The notes under the pieces were generated by a model. The model worked only from the letters and a program-made list of their open reading frames with translations, did not search any database and had not been told where the DNA came from. Positions 1-10,000 of a DNA stretch of 64,000 nt are shown one piece after another. Location: assembly GCA_903813345.2 (NCBI GenBank), contig CAIIXF020000001.1, forward strand, positions 4,340,001 through 4,404,000, given 5' to 3'. Source of the stretch: Owenia fusiformis. Lineage: Eukaryota. Position 1 is the first letter of the stretch. Each line of letters opens with the position of its first letter. The translations under genes and the position numbers were made by a program.

Positions 1-1438
1 CTTCAAATTCTGGAAGAATAAAGACAATGATTATAGTACACATAGCAATATGTGATGTGACAGTTTGAAATACCCATAACCACAACCATGGGCTTTCAAC
101 TAGTTGAAAGCCCATGCCACAACCAAATGATTGTGGACTTTGGAGACAGATGGTGGTGATGGTGGTAACACCAAAAGGTGTTATACCAAATGCCATACAT
201 GTAATACCGATGCACATTGTAAAGTTTTCCTGCGTGTAACTATCTGCGTGTAACCTTTAAGGGACAATGCAAGAGCAACTTAATTGATAGACAAATTAGT
301 GATCAAACACATACTATATGTAATTAAAGTTTATTTGGAGTAAAATATTAGACAGTTTTTAAGTTTTGATACGTGATATTCATTAATCAGAATTGACGAA
401 AATCCTTGGATACTTTGTTTTCTATATACATCAATTACGAAGATTTCATGTACGTAAAACAATGAAGAAATGTCTAAATAGCACCATGAGAGCCAACTGT
501 TTCCAATCCTGGTATATTTATAAGGAAGTACAGTGGGGGACAAAAATAAAACTCAACGTTCACAAGTTGTCACAATGAGCTAATTTCCAAGTTTCGTGTC
601 TCAAACTCTCCCAAGCAGTAGAAAAATAATTCCCATTCACTAAAGTAGCACAATAAATGAATCCAAAGCTTCATACCTGCAAATAATGGATAAATCCCTA
701 CCAAATCGAATGAATGTTTTCATGAATCGCCATGTTTGTTATCCAAGGACGGTTGACTCCCAGAATGCAACATCAGTTACCGTATTTACTCATGACAGGT
801 TTCAAAATGGAGGAACAGCATTTTGAAAGCTGGCACGTGTCATGTTGCATTCTGGGAGCCAATCCTCCGTTCCGGCGCAATCGGTCTACAAAATCACCTC
901 AACATTTGAAGAGTCGGCATAACATGTGAATATCCACTTGAATTTTTGAAGTTCTTATTTGTCATTAGGGACACAAATTCCACTATATTTGGACTTACTC
1001 AGACGGTGAAAATAGAGCACTGAATACACTGAGGTAAGAATTCATTACATGTGCGACAGCATGTAATTTTCATAGCTTTTGCAATTCTTTATGATCCCCA
1101 CTGTAAGTTTCGGAAGGGAGGGTGACTTACTAAGGACTCAAGTCTGTGGAAATACCCATGCTTTATTTAGAAAACTACGACAATCAAATGATTGACTTCT
1201 ATAGAATAGATCTAACACCAAATCCATGATCAAATCAGAGAAATTCAACAAAAAAGTAGAAACAAAAATAACAGGCCCAAATAGGCCTAACACTACAACA
1301 GAAATTACCTCGAAGTCCCGGATTATCATCTTTTGATCGAATTTTTTTGATTTTCACAGATTTACCACTGACGGTGGCTAGGATAAGGCGCATTCGAAGA
1401 AAATTGCATCCTTCAAAACTCAGCGTGGTCGATGCCAT
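1..1438 (-). CDS. RCL1: RNA 3'-terminal phosphate cyclase-like protein, 5' part (exon 1 = 1438-1309; exon 2 starts at 9 and runs off the window)
   Basis: Exon 1 encodes MASTTLSFEGCNFLRMRLILATVSGKSVKIKKIRSKDDNPGLR, matching the RCL1 N-terminus (GCNFLRxRL...DDNPGLR). Phase-1 donor G|gtaatt at 1308. Acceptor ttcttccag| at 10 continues G|AA TTT GAA G = EFE(A), as expected. Confidence 0.93.
80..123. mobile_element. 30-bp perfect palindrome with 7-bp TSD; probable P-superfamily excision footprint
   Basis: CCACAAC (80-86) + CATGGGCTTTCAACT/AGTTGAAAGCCCATG (87-116) + CCACAAC (117-123). Confidence 0.7.
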
Positions 1439-1670
1439 TCTTGTTTTGCGTAATCTGGTAGAGTAATTAGAGCTAACCGGAAGTAAAAATAATTCTGGGG
1501 AATATTTCTTCCTTCTTCTTTTTTTAACAAATTGCTCACAACTTACGACTTACAAAAGTATGAATCACTGTTAGGAATATAGTTGGATTATATCTCGTTC
1601 GACAGAAGCTTAGATGGGACCTAAATAAAAAGAATATCAGCAATTATCCGTCTAAATGTAAAGGTAGTAT
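1439..1670. promoter_or_regulatory. RCL1 promoter region with ETS motif; possibly bidirectional toward NADK
   Basis: ACCGGAAGT at 1476-1484, just upstream of the RCL1 ATG. A plus-strand candidate donor aag|gtagta lies at 1663/1664. Confidence 0.45.
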
Positions 1671-1865
1671 TTTTGTATGAAACTTTTTATTTTTTTATTT
1701 TACTTTTGGTTTTTAGGTACTGTAGTAAGATTGGAATTACGTTGATAACTTTGACCCTGAGAAATTTATATTATATTCACCGCATGTCAACTTACCATGT
1801 GATAGCTCCTTTCAAGGCCTACGTTACATTTTGAAACCTGGCAAACACCACATTACTGTAATGAC

Positions 1866-2687
1866 CATAGGCCAAGGGTAAAGTAATAGTAAGCCGTATA
1901 TAGAAGAGACAGGTGAACAACTAGGATTTAGGCCACTTGTTAACATGGCGATTTTAACATTATTTGTGTATAATTTTCAAAAAACAATGCAGAGTTGATC
2001 CAAAATTGATAGTTCGCAATTCTTACCTATGTATCAACCCCATTCAAGTGATATAGAGTGAATAAAGCCGTCTTGAGGCGAGATATTCTGAAAACCTACA
2101 ATTGTCTGGCAAGTTACCCGGATTTCCGTGTAAATGGAAGTTTGAAACAAGGAATTTGATTGGTTCCTGATTACCGCCGCCAGTGACACCTATCTGGTTC
2201 TCTAAAATGTAATTCATATTCTAGAAATAACAATCAATTAAAGTGTACAAAACTATAAAAGGTGTACTTAATAATTATTTATCAAAACATCTGTTTCATA
2301 TAATATTTTTTTAAACCCAATTTAAATGGTGAAATTAACATTTTTCTTGGAATTTTAAACTTCTAATTACAACCAATCAAATCAATCGTTACAAGATTCA
2401 ATCTTTCCATGTATCCGGAAGTTTCAACTTGCCGGGCAATTGCAGGCTCGTACAGTTGGTGTTTTTTATGCAGTCTTATCGAAGAGTTAGGATATAGATT
2501 TGAAATATTCAACAATATACGTTTCGAAAACACTTTGGAGAAGATTCTTGGGAGATTTGGTGGTACGACTCGATACCAGTAAGGAGAACTCGTACCAAGA
2601 CGGCAAGTTTTTGAAAATTTTTTCAATCCTAATTGTTTACCTGTCTCTTCTATATACAGCTTACTATTACTTTTCCCTTGGCCTATG
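1866..2687. mobile_element. Non-autonomous TIR transposon, CATAG termini, 8-bp TSD (P/hAT type)
   Basis: ~60-bp TIRs CATAGGCCAAGGG.../...CCCTTGGCCTATG. TSD GTAATGAC at 1858-1865 and 2688-2695. Confidence 0.85.
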
Positions 2688-2804
2688 GTAATGACCCTTG
2701 GGCACATCCGCAGGGGAACTGTAGTGTAACCCGAAAGGGAGTGTACTAAATTCAATGCCCAGTGCATGAATCAAACTCAGGACCTTCCGCTCGCGAGTCA
2801 GACG

Positions 2805-4308
2805 GGAATGTACTAAAAACCCTTCGCCCCTTCGACCCTACGACCCTTCGACTACTGGGTATCAAAAAATTTTTGCAATGGATTTGAAACGGGATTATGA
2901 AAAAACCCTTCGACCTTTGATTTTTATTTCAGTCCCGTTTTTCTAGTTAATACATGGTTACGTATAGTTCTATTCCGGGTTCCCCTGTGTTCTTGCGTAA
3001 ATTGGACTCCAAATGACACGCTATTTAGCTGTTTACCTTATTTCTTTTTCCTACATAAAAATGATCAGTCCCTAAAACTTTTGATAATATCCCAGATGCG
3101 AGTAGAAATAATCTTGATTTACGTCATTAAAAATTCACAATTCAGTCAAACTGATGTCATATTTGGAATCTACATGTAAAATTACATCTAGAAATGTGGT
3201 TTTAAAAAGTGTTTATCAACTTTGAAAAATTAATTTTCTTTGAAAATGTGACTTCTAGGTCGGGGAGATTCCCCATAGAGCCCATGTTGTAAAACCACAA
3301 AAAGTGAAATATATTTTCTTGTGTTGGGCAGATAATATTTTCTTTTACTGGACATATTTGAATTTGCATAACTATTAGATACATAAAGGTAATATGAAAA
3401 GTGAACCATTAAAACTGATGCATATTCAAGTTTAAGGGAATTTTGCAATACCCTGCCATGTTAATTCCCCCGAATCAGCCACCTGGTGGCGAAACTGGTA
3501 ACTGCCTACTCGCATCTGAGTAATTGCGCATGTGTATCTAATCTGGGTCACTCAGGTTAAGGTATGAGTACCGTAATCCAACACCAAATTCGAAAATTCA
3601 TATCAATACTTTGCACATATGGCGTTCGTGATCAACTTTAAAACGCTTACCCCCCATAGTGTTATTTATCAAAATGTACCTGTTCATATAGGGGTTCGAT
3701 TGATCTACATCAAATTATAGGGAGTCAGGTTACTTTTTGAGATATCAGCGGATGGATATGGAACCTCATACCTCAACATGGTCAAGATTGACGGGACTCG
3801 TGAACATTTTAGTAGAACAAATAACTGATTTTATCATCAGTCAGTCATCACATAAGACATGTACGGGTTAACATCGTGTTCTGCTAAGTTCATATTTCAA
3901 TCTTGTTTCTTGAATATAGGCTAAGATATAGATCTACATGTAGTATTACTTCGATCCTGTAACTTCCTCCTGTAACAAGGGAAATGACAATACCCGGGAA
4001 ATTCGCAGGTAGTACGGTTGTGTTTCGTTCGTGGACAAGCTGCATAGGGACCGGCTATTTTGTGGATTATGCTATCAACGGCGTCAAATCAAATCTTGTT
4101 AGAAAGTCAATCAGTTGTACAAGCACTTTAAAAATTACAAGTACGTATAATGTATTGCTTGGTACATGTAGATCTATTGGTTGTACTCTGAATAAGTACA
4201 CAATCCAAAGTCGAAGGGTTTTTTATAAAAATATATCCAAAAATTTTTTGACACCCAGTAGTTGAAGGGTTGTAGGGTCGAAGGGGCGTAGGGTTTTTAG
4301 TACATTCC
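2805..4308. mobile_element. Mutator/Foldback-like non-autonomous element, 9-bp TSD
   Basis: >100-bp TIRs starting GGAATGTACTAAAAACCCT with internal ACCCTTCG sub-repeats. TSD AGTCAGACG at 2796-2804 and 4309-4317. Confidence 0.88.
3093..3518. mobile_element. MITE with CAGATGCGAGTAG TIRs, nested in the Mutator-like element
   Basis: 13-bp TIRs at 3093-3105 and 3506-3518. A second, left-truncated copy lies at ~8216-8568. No TSD seen. Confidence 0.65.
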
Positions 4309-4548
4309 AGTCAGACGCTCTACCGATTTGGCCATAAAGGCTAGCCACTACAGCTCAGACTGCTGTAGCGACTTGCTATCGAAGGTCATTACACCATTCC
4401 CCCCTTGATGACAACGTCCAGTCCTAACTGATTCACAAGGGCAATCCCACTTCTGACACCTTGTAATGACCCTTGGGCACATCCGTCGGGTAGCTGTAGT
4501 GTAATGAGCCAGATACTAGACCCGAAAGGGAACTTGTGCTAAATTCAA

Positions 4549-4622
4549 AGTCCAGTGCGGGAATCTAACCCAGGACCTTCCGCTTGCGAGGCATACGCTC
4601 TACCGATTCACTCATAAGGACT
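4549..4622 (-). pseudogene. tRNA-Ala(CGC)-like module inside the TRIM LTR
   Basis: Minus strand reads GTCCTTATGAGTGAATCGGTAGAGCGTATGCCTCGCAAGCGGAAGGTCCTGGGTTAGATTCCCGCACTGGAC: D-loop GGTAGAGC, loop CTCGCAA, B-box-like GGTTAGATTCC. The other LTR copy has a better A-box (TGGCCAAATCGG). Stems are imperfect. Confidence 0.65.
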
Positions 4623-4696
4623 AGCCACTACAGCCGAGACTGTAGTAACAACTTCCTATCGAAGGTCATTACAGTATAGTCTGGACTGTAATAAAT

Positions 4697-4800
4697 CACA
4701 CCCCGTGATCATACAAAATGACTGGAGGGGGAAGTAGGCGATTTCTGCAAGAAAATTCAACAAATCTGGAAGATTTATTTTTCAAGAGAAAGTTTACAAC
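4697..4800. mobile_element. Truncated copy of the CAC-terminal MITE family seen at 10872-11703
   Basis: CACACCCCGTGATC...GGAGGGGG...AAAATTCAACAAATCT...GAAGATTTATTTTTCAAGAGAAAG matches the reverse complement of ~11598-11703. Confidence 0.6.
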
Positions 4801-5093
4801 TTTATCACCAAATGAATAGGTACAGTACATGACAATATATGTTAGGTCTTCTAGCATTTTTTTGAACTTTGATTTTTTTGTATAACGCATGGAAACTAAC
4901 TTTAAAAAGCGAGCAATGTAAAACAGTAAACAAAAAGTGGTGAAAAACAATGAACTAGAATTGAAACATCAGAAAGTTTTCACCTGAAATTGCCAAATGG
5001 ACTGTAGAATAAGCTAGGGTTCCATGTAGATCTGCACACCTCGGGGAGTAAGTCACTGACCTCTGATCCTTACCTATATAATATAAGTTATTA

Positions 5094-5218
5094 AATGATT
5101 TGAAGTGCAATACAGGATATATTCTGCTTGAGAAATTCCATATTGGGACAAGACAAAGTCGAGTGCCAATACAGAATATTGAGAGCAGAATATATCCTGT
5201 ATTGCACTTCAAATCATT
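5094..5218. repeat. Long hairpin (35-bp perfect outer arms), part of a non-autonomous repeat
   Basis: AATGATTTGAAGTGCAATACAGGATATATTCTGCT ... AGCAGAATATATCCTGTATTGCACTTCAAATCATT. Confidence 0.75.
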
Positions 5219-7017
5219 CTATAATGTTTTTATCGTCTGATCCTCTGTATTGCTACTGAGAATGTCCCCTCCATACCAATATTTTCTATATTGTGAAGGA
5301 GATGATCAATGGGGACAATCTCAATAGCAATACAGAATGGTACAGCACAAGAACTGACCAATCAGAAGATCATACGATACTAACATATATCGATACTAAC
5401 AGTTAGTATAAAGGCTATAAAAGCAGACTATGGTTCAGTGACTTACCTCTCTTGGATCTACTATAGGAAGAAATTAGATTATACATTAGATTATTCAAGT
5501 CTGAGTTAACAAGGCTGTAAGTATATTTGTTTGCCTATTAGATCTTTATCTAAAATCTGATATTCATTTTATCCTCTAATGCCACAAGAAAATAAGGGGT
5601 TTTCAATCAGTTGGTGTCATATTGTTAAGAAATGATTTTTCTTTAAAATGATATATCTATATCTATCAATATACTAATTAAAGCTCTATTTTTTGAGCAA
5701 CAAAATTCGTTATTGTTAAATTATTACATGATTAATATATGGCACGGATTAAGATATTTTATATGAAGCATTCATCTTTTAACTTGGATATTGTTTTTTT
5801 GGCCCACCCTGTACATAATACCCAATAATAACATGAACTAACAAGTCCTAGAAGTATTATCTGTATCAAGCAAGACAAGATCTCTAGATGTGACACATAT
5901 GTGCAGCCAAATTGAATTATATCGATTATTTCTGCCATAGACAAAATGAATCATTATTTGTTTACCAGTGAGTTTATCTCAGACTAATGTAATACTTAGT
6001 TCTCATTCTATGAGTTATGCCTGATTCATAGACCACACTTTTGTACATAGGTCAGGACATAGGCTAAGGTCGATAGAAATAATTTAGAAATTAAGATGGC
6101 ATGGTAATCGATCTGTGTTTATCTATATAATATCTATGTTTATCTCTGACAAAAAAATAATACTGGATTCTGTTGGTGCTGCCATCTTTATATCAGCCCA
6201 GAACCTATGCTTTTGTACACATGTACTGAAAATAGGTTTAAATTTATGTATACACAAGCCTCGAGTTTTGTTAAGTACAGTCTTCTGATAATAAAATGAC
6301 AAGAAAGTGGTTGGTAAGTTAATATAGAGCTAGTAAAGTGTGATGAAAATGACTTGCAAAAATGTTAAGACATTTAAGGCAATAAAATCATACATTTGAA
6401 ATACAATTCGTGATCTTGCATTTTGTCACTTATCCTTTCAAGTGAAAAGTCAGACTGTTACACATGCTGTAAGTAATGCTGAGTATTAATAAAGATGAAA
6501 TAGTAAAATTATTGCTTTGCGTTAATGTGACTTCATATCTTTAGAATAGAACAATTTAAGGCAGTATCGTCTAGAACAAGTGAACGCTGCTGACTTTCTA
6601 TAAGTGATCGCTGACAAAGCCTTCACATTTCACGGTGCTGGAATCTGGGAATATTTTTGAATTAATATCATTTACCAGAGAAATAAATAATTTTAGTCTT
6701 ATTGGAGCAATATTGACAATGTTCTAGAGATATGATAGGAAGTGGAAAGCATCCTGCCATCTATATGAGTAACAAGGATAATTAAAACTGATGTTTTGAA
6801 GTAATGTTATCCCCAGGCAGTAAGAAGGTGACAAGAGGTCTAAAAACAACCATATATTGCATAACTCTTAATCAGAATTTAATCCTTTATTTTGCAGACT
6901 AGTGAACAACACTATTAGAAGCAGTAATCTCTGCAACATTCGAAGCCATATAACAAGCTTATGATACTGTGAACCTACTAAGAATACAGATATCAACAGT
7001 TACAGCCATCTCTAACA

Positions 7018-10000
7018 ATGGCATCGATAGTTGACTCAGACAATGATGGAGTTGAGTTCGCCACACCTACTACATCTGTTAACTCAAGCCCCAACCACAA
7101 GTGCAGTCTGCGTGATGATGAGATACCTAATGTACATCCGTCAAAATTTAGACAAAGGTTTGTTGGTTTTGTTATCTTATTTAGAACTGTAAAGGAAATG
7201 TCTTAGTTTTTGCCAGTACATAAAGAATTTGTATAACATGAAGAACTACATTTTGGGTTTCTAGGTATCCATTTATATTTGATTAAGTTTATGAAATTGG
7301 AATATAAATAATTTCTATAGTTTTTTGTGGGGTGTAGTTCAAATTTATGTTGGTGAAATCAAGTTGAAAGCCCATGGTGAAATCAACTGTGATTTTCACT
7401 CGCTAGCTGTATGGTGAATAGCTGTTTGGTAAATAAGTCGTTACCATTAGGTATAATATATCAGATATCTATGTATCATTCTGGCTTTTGGCGCCACAAG
7501 ATAAACTCCATCAAAGATAAATCAATTTCGAATTTGCATCACTTTCACAAAAGTCAAAAGATTGACGATTTGTTGCATATAATTTTAAGCCTCACAATAC
7601 AAATATAAACTAATCAATGACCCTGAAAACCAATCGGTTCAACTAGAAATAACTTTATAGAATGCATTGTATTTATACAACAGTTGTACTAAGACTTGTA
7701 AGTCTTACTCATAATCGCCATTTAAACAATTTCAACATTGTATTTCATCTATGTATGTATTGTGTTTGTAGCAAATAGCAATTACATCTTATCTCAATAA
7801 ACTGGAACCACAAGCCTATTGCTTTCTTGTAATCAAATGTTATATTTACCCAAAAGGCGAACATACCCTAACAATTGGTATAGAATAGATAAGTATTTCC
7901 TTTAATCATTTAGAATTCAAGGAAACTAATTACAAAAACAATTTTATCAATCTGATAATTTTCTACTTATTTGAAATAAATATTCATTGAACATTTTTTT
8001 AACTCGATGACTTCATAATTAAAAGGATAACTAATTTCCTGTTGTGATGACTGCTGAGGCAATGTTTATATTAACAAGTATTATTGAAACAGTTTATTGG
8101 TTCAGGTACGGGTTGTGTATATTATGCTTTTAAGATCCTCGTGCACCACTCAGCCATCTTTTAATTATCAGTAGAACTATTTCTGTTTTTCTCACGTATC
8201 AACAATCTATTTACATCTACATGTAAAAGTACATCTATAAATATTGTTTCGAAAATTGTTTATCAACTTTGAAAATTTAATTATTTTTGAAAATGTGACT
8301 TCTAGTTCGATTGATTCCCCATAGACCCCATGTTACAAAATCACAAATAGTGAAGTATCTTTTCTTGTATTTGACAGATAAAATTTTCTTTTATTGTACA
8401 TATTTTAATTTGCATAACTATTAGTATAGATACATAAGGGTTTATGAAAATTGAACCACTATAACAGATGTAATTTAAGTTAAAGTGAACTTTTTACTAT
8501 ACCCGCCATGCTATCTGACCTGAACGAGCCACCTGGTGGTGAAACTGGTAACTACCTACTCGCATCTGCGTTATTGTAAAATATAATACATATGCAATGC
8601 ATAAATGAGACAATCAATTACTATTATTTTATTACCCATTATCTAGTTTGATAAAACTAATATACATTGTGTCTCAAAAAAACGCAACAAGCAAAAACAT
8701 TCCAAAATCACAAAACCAGTGATACCTACACTGTTTCCATTTAGTTGACCATAAAGCCATGTGTCTCTTCTTTCCAATGATAACATTTTGACATGAAGAG
8801 ATGAGCCAATATCTACTTGCAGAGAAATGATAGGCATTGAATGTAGTTTACATGAGTAATCATTCATAAGATAACAGAAAATGATAGTAACTTAACTGTT
8901 TTGATAATGCTTCTTTTTTCCATTATGTGTGAGGTGCCTTTAACTAAACTATCATGAATACTGATAAACACATTAAGTAAAATCTTTCTTTTTTTTAGTA
9001 GAACTAAGTCTGAAATGTATGTCATGCAAGGCTTGTGACCAAAAGATAATCCTCAGCCCCATACATAATGATTTACCTGATTGCATAATAAGGATCAGTT
9101 GAATTAAGATGTTTCGAACTTGGCACAAAGGCATTTTCATCCATGTGCCAAGAAACAATGATTATTCAGTGGTCTTTGATCGTATATGAAGGGGGGGGGG
9201 GGGGTGTATAGAGGGTCTTGGAAATGCATATACAATATTTTTCAGCTCTCTTATACCATATACAATATTTTTTCACCCCTTTTATACCATATACAATATT
9301 TTTCACAGCTCTTATACCATATACGATATTTTAGGTGAAATACAATATACGATAATTTTGAAACTGCTTTTGATTAAAGTTTGGAGGAAATTATATTTGG
9401 AGAGAATCCATGTACTAAAGTAAATGTATTATTATAAGGCAACTAGACTCCACATAAATACCACAATGATTTCATTTATTACATTATGAATAAGACACCA
9501 TTCGGGTACATCCGCATCAGAAAAGCTGTGACCACATTTTATTTTCAGGTAAACAAGTTGATTTAAAACACATTTATGATATAAGATTCATGACTTCTCT
9601 TTAGTGATTTAACAACCTACTTTGACCAAAAAACTAGCTTTGACATTGCTGCAATTTGCTAAAGCCATTAGCCCATTACCTGTAAAAGTACCATAAAGAT
9701 ATTCAAAATTAGCACAAAACCTGCATCATTGGAATGGGTGGAACTCAGTGTTTCTCTTTCTTATGACCTACTTTCCCATGACTTATTTTAATGTCAATGG
9801 AATCCTTCATCGTGAGCCAGGGAAAAATATTCTTGAAACATATTTGATGCAAAATTGAGAATGTGGAATAAAAGATGCGTCATGTGTTCTATGAAAATAA
9901 AGTTTGCTGAGGAAAATATGTATCAGATAGATAATGAAGATTCACAATGCACAATAATTTTGTAAAGCAGTTACATTCGAAATAGAGACACTTCGGGGTT

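Larger units (their letters stand above)
1857..4673 (-). mobile_element. TRIM (miniature non-autonomous LTR retrotransposon) with tRNA-derived LTRs, Helenus-like; left LTR split by two DNA-transposon insertions
   Basis: Two direct repeats bounded by TGTAATGACC...GGTCATTACA: intact 4462-4673 (212 bp) and split 1857-1865 + 2696-2804 + 4318-4393. The 68-bp interior (4394-4461) has a PBS GGTGTCAGAAGTGGGATT (complement of the tRNA-Leu 3' end, 4460-4443) and a PPT AAGGGGGGAATGG (4406-4394). No flanking TSD visible. Confidence 0.85.

Noticed and set aside
2363-2767. 134-aa minus-strand ORF
   Set aside because: Crosses a MITE/LTR junction and has no protein motif.
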